Assembly: GCA_964584035.1 (NCBI GenBank) | Contig: CAZOYL010000022.1 | Span: 1 to 28,703 of the forward strand | Source of the DNA: an uncultured Gemmatimonadota bacterium | Lineage (GTDB): Bacteria; SM23-81 | Direction of reading: 5' to 3' | Length of the DNA stretch: 28,703 nucleotides | Shown: piece by piece, positions 9,871 through 18,062 of the stretch | How the letters are laid out: every line of letters starts with the position of its first letter | How positions within the stretch are numbered: position 1 is the first letter of the stretch | Made by a program: the position numbers and the translations under genes | The notes under the pieces: model-generated | What the model was told of the DNA's origin: nothing | What the model saw: the letters and a program-made list of their open reading frames with translations, nothing else | Databases searched by the model: none

Positions 9871-9911
9871 AAAACAAAAAAGGCCCGGAGGTTTCATTCC
9901 TCCAGGCCTTT
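9871..9911 (-). terminator. Rho-independent terminator of the gdhA-hypothetical unit
   Basis: AGGCCTGGAGG-aatgaaa-CCTCCGGGCCT followed by TTTTTGTTTT on the - strand. Confidence 0.8.
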
Positions 9912-9945
9912 CCGTATCCCCACAGGGGATGTCGTCCCGCTGGGC

Positions 9946-10329
9946 TTACGATGCGCAGCTGGGCGCCTTGCCCAATTTCTCCAGGATCTTGGCCAGGGCG
10001 TCTTCCGGATCGATCAGGATGACGTCACCGGCCACCTCATCCAGGCAATCCCTGGCGGCGGACCAGTTGCATTCGGGCACCAGCAGCATGATCGGCAGCT
10101 TGTGGATGACGCAGTTGTACAGCACATCCTTGGCGGAGACATCCAGCGTCCGGCTGAACACTTTGTGAAGATGGCCCACCACCAGGTCGATCTTATCGGC
10201 CGGCGTGATGTGCCCCAGCGTTTTGCCGTGATTGTCCCAGCCATTGCTCACCGGCAGCGTATCGATACCTTCCACCACCAGGTTGGTGAGCAGCCGTCCG
10301 TCGGTGCCTTCCATATATCCCACGATCAT
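9946..10329 (-). CDS. Hypothetical alpha/beta protein directly downstream of gdhA
   Basis: 127 aa with natural composition. GGAAGGGAG RBS. Followed by a terminator. Confidence 0.75.
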   Translation of the reverse strand: MIVGYMEGTDGRLLTNLVVEGIDTLPVSNGWDNHGKTLGHITPADKIDLVVGHLHKVFSRTLDVSAKDVLYNCVIHKLPIMLLVPECNWSAARDCLDEVAGDVILIDPEDALAKILEKLGKAPSCAS

Positions 10330-10395
10330 GGTCTTTTTCTCCCTTCCATGGTTAGAAGATATGGCTTGTGATCTGTCCGAAGGATCGGGACCGCC

Positions 10396-11757
<1,362 letters not shown>

Positions 11758-11975
11758 GAAAGACTCCTTTCGTTTGAGCTTTCCGTATCGCTAGCTGAAG
11801 GCGGAAACGGGCTGCCGGCAACGATCTGACGGCTCGCCGGGTTTCATCGGTAAACGATTGGATAGAAACCCCCCTTTCGCAAGGCTGGTATTCTGTGGAA
11901 GAACAGATTTTGTGGCTTTCTTTCCGGGCTCATGGCCACTCGGGTTTCGAACGCATCGGACGGCCATAGTTTCTT

Positions 11976-12004
11976 AATATTGCTTCTGAAAATGCGGTTG
12001 TCAA
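11976..12004 (-). promoter_or_regulatory. Candidate sigma70 promoter of gdhA
   Basis: TTGACA(12004-11999)-17 bp-AATATT(11981-11976). Implies a ~210-nt leader. Confidence 0.55.
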
Positions 12005-12036
12005 GGAGAAATCACAGGCCCGCGATCAATTTTCCC

Positions 12037-12065
12037 TTGCCCATGACGGCAGAAAAAGGTATATT
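12037..12065 (+). promoter_or_regulatory. Candidate sigma70 promoter of the sigma54 activator gene
   Basis: TTGCCC-17 bp-TATATT. Confidence 0.5.
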
Positions 12066-12078
12066 GCATTAATGCAAT
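12063..12078. promoter_or_regulatory. Perfect 16-bp palindrome, candidate autoregulatory operator
   Basis: ATTGCATTAATGCAAT overlaps the -10/+1 region of the activator promoter. Confidence 0.65.
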
Positions 12079-12103
12079 TCTCCCACTTTTTCTAGGACAA
12101 TCG

Positions 12104-13444
12104 GTGAAAGAGACCCGAGAAGATCGCTTTCTGGCCACCGTCTTGGACAGCATCGCCGACGGGGTGTTCACCGTCGACGATCAGTGGCGGATCACCTCCT
12201 TCAACCGGGCGGCCCAGCGGATCACCGGCCTGCCCCGCGGTGAGGCGCTCCGGCGGCCCTGTTACGAGGTCATGCAGGCCAGCATCTGCCAGTCGGACTG
12301 CGCCCTGAAACGGACCATGGAGACCGGGCAGCCGATTATCGATCAGCCGGTGGACATCATCGACAGCTCCGGCCGGCGCATCCCGATCAGCATCAGCACC
12401 GCCGTGTTGCGCGACGCCAAGGGCCGTATGGTGGGTGGTGTGGAGACCTTTCGGGACCTGTCCGCCATTGAGGAGCTGAAGAAGGAGATCACCCGGCGAT
12501 ACACCTTCATGGACATCGTCAGCAAAAACCATCGCATCCAGGAGATCTTCACCATCCTGCCCGACGTGGCCGAGAGCGACAGCACTGTGCTCATCCAGGG
12601 GCCCAGCGGATCCGGCAAGGAGCTCTTCGCCCGGGCCATTCACGATCTCAGCGACCGCCGGGAGGGACCCTACGTGGTGGTCAGCTGCGGGGCGCTGCCC
12701 GACACCCTGCTGGAGTCGGAGCTGTTCGGATACGTCCGGGGAGCCTTCACCGATGCCAGACGGGACAAACCCGGCCGCTTCGCCCTGGCCCAGGGCGGGA
12801 GCATCTTTCTGGATGAGATCGGGGACATCTCGCCGGCCATGCAGGTGAAACTGTTGCGGGTGCTGCAGGAACGGGAGTACGAGCCGCTCGGCGCCACCGG
12901 TCCGATCACGGCCGATGTTCGCGTCATCGCCGCCACCAACAGGGATCTGGATGAGCTGGTGGGTGACGGCCGGTTTCGTCAGGACCTCTACTACCGGCTC
13001 AACGTGGTCAAGATCCAGCTGCCGCCGTTAAGCCGCCGGCGGGAGGATATTCCCCTGTTACTGGAGCATTTCATTCATAGCTTTAATCTGAAGAAAGGGA
13101 AACACATCGCCGGGGTCACCGGACAGGTCATGGACCTCTTGATGGGGCACGAGTTTCCCGGCAACGTCCGCGAGCTGGAGAACATCGTCGAGCATGCCTT
13201 TGTGCTCTGTCACGGCACCCAGATCGGGCTGGAACATCTGCCCCGGGAGTTGGTCGGCGCCGGGAGGGGGCCGGTGGCCGATGAGGGCGGGAGCGCCGAT
13301 CCTCTCAGGGAGTCGGAGGCCCGGACCATCCGGGAGATGCTCCTCCGCATGGACGGCCATCGCCGCCGGACCGCCCGGGCCCTGGGCATCCATCCCACCA
13401 CACTGTGGCGAAAGATGAAAAGCCTGGAGATCGATGACGTCTGA
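12104..13444 (+). CDS. PAS-domain sigma54-dependent transcriptional activator (bEBP, Fis-type HTH)
   Basis: PAS 'LDSIADGVFTVD..ITSFNRAA'. Walker A GPSGSGKE, ESELFG, GAFTDA, FLDEIG, RQDLYYRL, FPGNVRELEN. C-terminal HTH 'TARALGIHPTTLWRKM'. Confidence 0.96.
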   Translation: MKETREDRFLATVLDSIADGVFTVDDQWRITSFNRAAQRITGLPRGEALRRPCYEVMQASICQSDCALKRTMETGQPIIDQPVDIIDSSGRRIPISISTAVLRDAKGRMVGGVETFRDLSAIEELKKEITRRYTFMDIVSKNHRIQEIFTILPDVAESDSTVLIQGPSGSGKELFARAIHDLSDRREGPYVVVSCGALPDTLLESELFGYVRGAFTDARRDKPGRFALAQGGSIFLDEIGDISPAMQVKLLRVLQEREYEPLGATGPITADVRVIAATNRDLDELVGDGRFRQDLYYRLNVVKIQLPPLSRRREDIPLLLEHFIHSFNLKKGKHIAGVTGQVMDLLMGHEFPGNVRELENIVEHAFVLCHGTQIGLEHLPRELVGAGRGPVADEGGSADPLRESEARTIREMLLRMDGHRRRTARALGIHPTTLWRKMKSLEIDDV

Positions 13445-13446
13445 AG

Positions 13447-13502
13447 GCCCGTGTCAGAAAGCCCGTGTCCGAGAGTTCGGGCCTGAGAGCTCGAGTCTGA
13501 GA
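13447..13502. repeat. 4 x 14-bp (2 x 7) degenerate tandem repeat
   Basis: gcccgtgtcagaaa/gcccgtgtccgaga/gttcgggcctgaga/gctcgagtctgaga. Confidence 0.7.
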
Positions 13503-13512
13503 GATCTGGACA

Positions 13513-13559
13513 ATAGCAGATATGCAATCTACCGGGCGATTTTATTTCATAATTGCAAT
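13513..13559. promoter_or_regulatory. Tandem upstream activator sites (ATTGCA-N4-TGCAAT)
   Basis: ATAGCAGATATGCAAT (13513-13528) and ATTTCATAATTGCAAT (13544-13559), 31 bp apart. They match the 12063 palindrome at 12/16 and 13/16. Confidence 0.65.
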
Positions 13560-13600
13560 CACCGATCTGCGTTGTTGATCGGACGATCGCCGCGTTTGGC

Positions 13601-13630
13601 TTATAACATATTATATTATAGCAATTTAAG
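13601..13630. promoter_or_regulatory. AT-rich tract, candidate IHF/bending site
   Basis: ttataacatattatattatagcaatttaag between the UAS and the -24/-12 promoter. Only a partial match to the IHF consensus. Confidence 0.4.
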
Positions 13631-13655
13631 AGCTGACTTCGGCCGGCGCCAGTTC

Positions 13656-13670
13656 TGGCACACTCCTTGC
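13656..13670 (+). promoter_or_regulatory. sigma54 (-24/-12) promoter
   Basis: TGGCAC-ACTCC-TTGC, matching the TGGCAC-N5-TTGC consensus, 25 bp before the first operon gene. Confidence 0.9.
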
Positions 13671-13695
13671 CACTCTGTCGGCCAGGAGGTCGACC

Positions 13696-14094
13696 GTGAT
13701 CATCGCCATTCCCATCTTCAGCTCCCGGGTATCGCACCGCTTCGACTGTGCGCCGGCCATGATGCTGGCTACAGCCAGGGACGGGCGTATCGTCGCCCGG
13801 GAGACGGTCCCGGTGAATGAGGGCAATCCTCTGTCCCGGATCAACTGGCTTTGCCGTCAGGGGGTTCGGGTAGTCATCTGCGGCGGCTTGAGCCGTTTTT
13901 CCATGCGCATGCTGATGGACAGGGGCGTGCAGGTCTTTCCCTGGGTGGCCGGCGATATCGACGATGCCCTGCGGTTGTTTCTGGACAACCGTCTGCAGCC
14001 GGGTTTGATGATCGATCCCGGCGGTCAGGGTCGCCGCTGCCGTCGCCGGGGAGGGCGAGGATCGGGCCGGCCTTCAGGCGGTCGTTCGAAATGA
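13696..14094 (+). CDS. NifB/NifX-family (FeMo-cofactor-binding-like) domain protein with Arg/Gly tail
   Basis: 'IAIPIFSSRVSHRFDCA', 'GVRVVICGGLS'. GTG start after AGGAGG. Confidence 0.8.
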   Translation: MIIAIPIFSSRVSHRFDCAPAMMLATARDGRIVARETVPVNEGNPLSRINWLCRQGVRVVICGGLSRFSMRMLMDRGVQVFPWVAGDIDDALRLFLDNRLQPGLMIDPGGQGRRCRRRGGRGSGRPSGGRSK

Positions 14095-14159
14095 CAGCCC
14101 GAAGTGACAGACCGTAAGGAACAGAGTGACCCTTTTTCAACAGAGAGGAGGTGTCAGAC

Positions 14160-14528
14160 ATGCCAGGATTTGATGGAACCGGACCTCGTGGTCTCGGGCC
14201 TATGACCGGCGGAGGCTTCGGCTATTGCTCGCCGGGCAGCGGGCCGGCCTATGGCGCCGGTGGCTTTGCCTATGGCGTCGGCCGGGGGGGTTTTCCCAGA
14301 GGTGGTGGACGGGGACGAGCCTGGGGTGGCGGCCGCGGCTGGGGCCGGCAGGCCATGTCGGGAGGATATCCGCCCCCTAACTGGGGCGCGCCCCCGGTGG
14401 CCCAGTGGACTCCGCAGCAGGAGCTGGAGGCTCTCCAGGCGCAGGCACAGGCCATGGATGGAGAGCTGCAGAACATCCGTCAGCGGATTGCCGAGCTGGA
14501 ATCCGAGGCCCAGAAGGCGAAGAAGTGA
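14160..14528 (+). CDS. DUF5320-like Gly/Arg-rich protein with C-terminal coiled coil
   Basis: MPGFDGTGPRGLGPMTGGGFGYC, RGG-rich middle, 'ELEALQAQAQAMDGELQNIRQRIAELE'. GAGGAGG RBS. Confidence 0.85.
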   Translation: MPGFDGTGPRGLGPMTGGGFGYCSPGSGPAYGAGGFAYGVGRGGFPRGGGRGRAWGGGRGWGRQAMSGGYPPPNWGAPPVAQWTPQQELEALQAQAQAMDGELQNIRQRIAELESEAQKAKK

Positions 14529-14554
14529 GGAGAAGAGGTGAGACATCATCTCGA

Positions 14555-14579
14555 GGGGGGCGGGAACGCTCCGCCCCCC
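14555..14579 (+). other. GC-rich intergenic stem-loop
   Basis: GGGGGGCGGG-aacgc-TCCGCCCCCC with no U-tract. Confidence 0.7.
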
Positions 14580-14597
14580 CATCTTAAGGGAGCCAAC

Positions 14598-14960
14598 ATG
14601 AAGATTGCCATCACATCCACCGGTCCGGACCTGTCTGCCGAGATGGATCAGCGCTTCGGCCGGGCGCAGCTTTTTCTGATCGTCGATACCGAGACCGGGG
14701 AGTTCACCGCGGTGGACAACCGGCAGAATCTCGATGCCCCCCAGGGAGCCGGCATACAGGCCGCCCGGACGATCGTCGATCAGGGGGCCGAGGTGCTGAT
14801 CACCGGTCACTGCGGCCCCAATGCTTTCAAGACATTGCAGGCGGCCGGCGTCAAGGTCGTCATCGGCGCCCGGGGAGTCAACGCGGAGGTGTTGGAGCAA
14901 TTCAAGAACGGGGAGCTGCCGTATACCGAGAACTCGGATGTGGAAGGGCACTGGAGCTGA
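14598..14960 (+). CDS. NifB/NifX-family protein (COG1433-like)
   Basis: 'MKIAITSTG...DQRFGRA..FLIVD', 'GAGIQAA', 'ITGHCGPNAF', 'VEGHW'. Confidence 0.9.
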   Translation: MKIAITSTGPDLSAEMDQRFGRAQLFLIVDTETGEFTAVDNRQNLDAPQGAGIQAARTIVDQGAEVLITGHCGPNAFKTLQAAGVKVVIGARGVNAEVLEQFKNGELPYTENSDVEGHWS

Positions 14961-14963
14961 GCG

Positions 14964-15827
14964 GTGAAAACGTATCTCGATTGTGTCCCCTGTTTTTTAA
15001 GACAGGCCCTGGAGGCGGGCCGCATGGCCACCGACGATGAATCGGTGCTGGCCAGGATTATGCAGCAGGTGCTGCGGGAGGCAGCTGATTTTTCCTTCGA
15101 CCTCACCCCACCTCATATGGGGCAGAGAATCCACCGCATCGTCAGGAGAGAGAGCGGCCATCCCGACCCCTACCGGGAACAGAAGATTCGCTGCAATCGC
15201 TTGGCCGCCGAGCTCTATCCACGGTTGAAGGAAGAGGTCTCGTCCGCCGACCGGCCGATGGATTTTGCTCTGCGGTTGGCCATCGCCGGCAACGTCATCG
15301 ATTTTGGACCTCCCGGCGGGAATCCATCGGTGTCTCTCCGCCATGTGGCCGAAGCCGCTCGCCGGGAGACACTGGCCGTCGATGACAGCGCCCGGTTCTG
15401 GTCGGCCGTGAAAACCGCCGGACGGATCCTCTATTTAGGAGATAATGCCGGAGAGGTTTTCTTCGATCGGCTGCTGCTGGAATATCTGCCCGCCGAAAAG
15501 GTGACCTTCGTGGTCCGGGGCGGCCCGATTATCAACGATATAACCTTGAACGATCTGGACGGTGTCGGATTGGAGAAGATCGTCACGGTCATCGATAATG
15601 GCTCGGATGCTCCGGGCACCGTGTTGGAGGATTGCTCGCCGGAATTTCGTCGGCACTTTGAGACCGCGGACCTGATCCTCTCCAAGGGTCAGGGGAATTA
15701 CGAGACCCTCAGCGGGATCAAGGATCGGCACATCTTCTATCTGCTCAAGGCCAAGTGCCCGGTGCTGGCCCGCGATCTTGGCGTGCCGGAGGGCAGTATG
15801 GTGGTCAGGGGAAGCGGTCCGCTGTGA
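14964..15827 (+). CDS. DUF89/ARMT1-like damage-control phosphatase
   Basis: N-terminal DCVPC, 'DPY..K', 'AIAGNVIDFG', 'DNAGE..FD', 'SKGQGNYETL', 'KAKC'. Confidence 0.9.
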   Translation: MKTYLDCVPCFLRQALEAGRMATDDESVLARIMQQVLREAADFSFDLTPPHMGQRIHRIVRRESGHPDPYREQKIRCNRLAAELYPRLKEEVSSADRPMDFALRLAIAGNVIDFGPPGGNPSVSLRHVAEAARRETLAVDDSARFWSAVKTAGRILYLGDNAGEVFFDRLLLEYLPAEKVTFVVRGGPIINDITLNDLDGVGLEKIVTVIDNGSDAPGTVLEDCSPEFRRHFETADLILSKGQGNYETLSGIKDRHIFYLLKAKCPVLARDLGVPEGSMVVRGSGPL

Positions 15828-15874
15828 GCCGGCGGAAGGAGATGTTTCATCGAGCCGTCGTGGAGCCCGAAAAG

Positions 15875-16324
15875 ATGGATACATCGTTCGATCAGTGGGC
15901 CAAAGAGCTGCAGGAGATGATTCTGGAGGAGGACCGGAAGATCTTCTCTCCCCGGGTCATCGATGAATATCTTCATCCCAAACATCTCAACAAACTGGCC
16001 GATCCCGACGGTGCCGCCATGGTCACCGGTCCCTGCGGCGACACCATGGTGATCGAGTTCAGGGTCGGAGACGGACGGATCGAGGAGATCGGATTTCTGA
16101 CCGACGGCTGCGGGCCGACGGTGGCCTGCGGCAGTGTCCTGGCCCAGATGGCCCGGGGCGAGACGCTCGACGGAGCGCTGGCCATCGACCAGGGGGAGCT
16201 TCTCAAGATGCTCGGGGGTCTGCCGGAGTCGCATCTGCATTGCGCCCAATTGGCCGTGGATACGCTTCAGCGGGCCATAAGGAATTATCAAAATACAGGA
16301 GGTGAGCACAATGCCGAGAGGTGA
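15875..16324 (+). CDS. IscU/NifU-N-like Fe-S scaffold protein
   Basis: Three conserved Cys in GPCGD, DGCG and HLHCA. Start at 15875 (GGAG RBS) or 15842. Confidence 0.85.
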   Translation: MDTSFDQWAKELQEMILEEDRKIFSPRVIDEYLHPKHLNKLADPDGAAMVTGPCGDTMVIEFRVGDGRIEEIGFLTDGCGPTVACGSVLAQMARGETLDGALAIDQGELLKMLGGLPESHLHCAQLAVDTLQRAIRNYQNTGGEHNAER

Positions 16325-16550
16325 TGGAACGGGACCCGCCGGCAAGGGGCCGGGAACGGGCAGAGGAATGGGACGGAGCGGTGGCAGTGGCGCCGGCGCC
16401 GGCGGCGGCAGAATGGGCGGTCAGGGTTTAGGTCTGGGCGGTCAGTGCGTCTGTCCCGGCTGCGGGAAAAAGGTGCCCCACCAGAGAGGGGCGCCCTGTA
16501 ATAGTATCACCTGCCCCGCCTGCGGAACGGTGATGACCCGGACCGGTTGA
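16311..16550 (+). CDS. Small Gly-rich protein: DUF5320-like N-terminus plus Cys-rich zinc-binding C-terminus
   Basis: MPRGDGTGPAGKGPGTGRG...CVCPGCG..HQRGAPC...CPACG. AGGAGG RBS. Confidence 0.8.
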   Translation: MPRGDGTGPAGKGPGTGRGMGRSGGSGAGAGGGRMGGQGLGLGGQCVCPGCGKKVPHQRGAPCNSITCPACGTVMTRTG

Positions 16551-16614
16551 AAGAACCTGCCAGCGTGGGTTTGGGAATTCGGACCGGGGGAAGGGAGAAG
16601 AGGAGTGATTGACC

Positions 16615-17100
16615 ATGCCGAAATATGATGGAACGGGGCCCGCCGGTGCGGGTCCGATGACGGGGCAGGGCTTGGGCTACTGTATATTGAAGGATTCGGA
16701 AGAGAAGGACGGCTCCGGCAGGCGAGGCTATGCCGGCCTGAGAGGTTTGCCGGTGGGCCCTGCTCTCGAAGAACATCAACCGAATGGAAAGGAGGCGATC
16801 TGGATGCCTCGCGGAGACAGAACCGGACCCATGGGAATGGGTCCCATGACGGGAAGAGCAGCCGGTCTCTGTGCCGGGTATGCTTCCCCCGGCTTCATGA
16901 ACGGCGCATATGGACGTCCCGGACTGCCGGTGGCGCCGACGGGATACCCGGCTACGAACGCTTATGGTGGCGCGCCTTTCTATGGCTATCGATTCCCATT
17001 CCGTGGATTCGGATTAGGCTTTGGCCGCGGTTGCGGTCGGGGCCGGGGAATCGGCCGGGGCCGGGGAATCGGCCGGGGGTGGTTCGGGCGGAGGTGGTAG
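16615..17100 (+). CDS. Tandem DUF5320-like protein (second in-frame module starts at 16804)
   Basis: MPKYDGTGPAGAGPMTGQGLGYC ... MPRGDRTGPMGMGPMTGRAAGLC ... GRGRGIGRGRGIGRG. An 18-bp repeat lies at 17041-17076. Confidence 0.8.
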   Translation: MPKYDGTGPAGAGPMTGQGLGYCILKDSEEKDGSGRRGYAGLRGLPVGPALEEHQPNGKEAIWMPRGDRTGPMGMGPMTGRAAGLCAGYASPGFMNGAYGRPGLPVAPTGYPATNAYGGAPFYGYRFPFRGFGLGFGRGCGRGRGIGRGRGIGRGWFGRRW

Positions 17101-17131
17101 TTTTTGTCTATGGCTTTATCGAAAGAGTCGA

Positions 17132-17166
17132 GTTCTCAGGGGGATGGTTCACATCCTCCTGAGAAC
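17132..17166 (+). other. 15-bp intergenic stem-loop
   Basis: GTTCTCAGGGGGATG-gttca-CATCCTCCTGAGAAC, with one G-U pair on the + strand. Confidence 0.75.
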
Positions 17167-17192
17167 CTGATGTTCCCAGTGAGGTGAAAATT

Positions 17193-17381
17193 GTGCCCAT
17201 TTACGAATACCAATGTGAGAAATGCCATTTCGTAATGGAAGTTTTAGAGAGTTACAACGACTCTGCCAAAAAGCATCGTTGCCAGAAATGCGGAAGCAAG
17301 GATGTACGAAAACTACTATCAGTCCCGAACGTCAAAGCGACTGGCGGTTCTTGTCCGACGGGAACATGTCCGCTCACCTGA
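17193..17381 (+). CDS. FmdB-family zinc-ribbon protein
   Basis: (M)PIYEYQCEKC...CQKCGS..VRKLLS, C-terminal 'SCPTGTCP'. GTG start after GAGGTG. Confidence 0.85.
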   Translation: MPIYEYQCEKCHFVMEVLESYNDSAKKHRCQKCGSKDVRKLLSVPNVKATGGSCPTGTCPLT

Positions 17382-17399
17382 GAACAGAAAGGATATTTC

Positions 17400-18062
17400 A
17401 TGAACATCGCCGTGACATCGACAGGTCCGACGCTCGATGATCAGGTGGAGGCTCGATTCGGCAGGTGCGCCTATTTTCTGATCATCGACCCCGAGACCAT
17501 GAAGGTAGAAACCCTGGAGAATCCGAACATCGCCCTGGGCGGTGGAGCCGGCATTCAATCGGCTCAACTTCTTTCTCAGAAGGGCGTTCAGGCCGTCCTG
17601 ACGGGCAACTGCGGGCCCAACGCGTTTCAGACCTTTGGCGCGGCTGGAATCCAGGTCATCGTCGGGGTCAGCGGCCCGGTCAAGAATGCTGTAGAACAAT
17701 TTAAAGCCGGTGCTTTCACGGAAGCCTCCGGTCCCAGCGTGGACAGCAAATTCGGAATGAGCGGCGCGGCGGCCGGTCAAACCACACCTCCGAATGCCTC
17801 TCAGCCCAGCGCTTCTCAGCCGATGCCTCCGAATCCCACCTGGGGAGGCGGTATGGGCATGGGTCGGGGCATGGGTCGGGGCATGGGCAGAGGGATGGGT
17901 CGGGGAATGGGCTCCGGGATGGCCGGGGCTCCCATGGCAGGGCCTTCTCCTCAGATGACCGGGGAGAACGAACTGACCCTGCTCAAGCAACAGGCCCAGG
18001 CCATGATGGACGGCCTCAAGGAAATTCAGAAGCGCATCTCGCAGCTGGAAAAAGACACATGA
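17400..18062 (+). CDS. NifB/NifX-family domain fused to a GRGM low-complexity repeat and a DUF5320-type coiled coil
   Basis: 'RFGRCAYF', 'GAGIQSA', 'TGNCGPNAF', (GRGM)n and 'ELTLLKQQAQAMMDGLKEIQKRISQLE'. Confidence 0.88.
   Translation: MNIAVTSTGPTLDDQVEARFGRCAYFLIIDPETMKVETLENPNIALGGGAGIQSAQLLSQKGVQAVLTGNCGPNAFQTFGAAGIQVIVGVSGPVKNAVEQFKAGAFTEASGPSVDSKFGMSGAAAGQTTPPNASQPSASQPMPPNPTWGGGMGMGRGMGRGMGRGMGRGMGSGMAGAPMAGPSPQMTGENELTLLKQQAQAMMDGLKEIQKRISQLEKDT
17856..17921 (+). repeat. 12-bp coding tandem repeat (GMGR)
   Basis: ggcatgggtcgg x2 plus three degenerate copies. Confidence 0.85.

Noticed and set aside
13447..13502. CRISPR array (also considered for 1394-1433)
   Set aside because: Repeats are short, tandem and degenerate, with no spacers and no cas genes.
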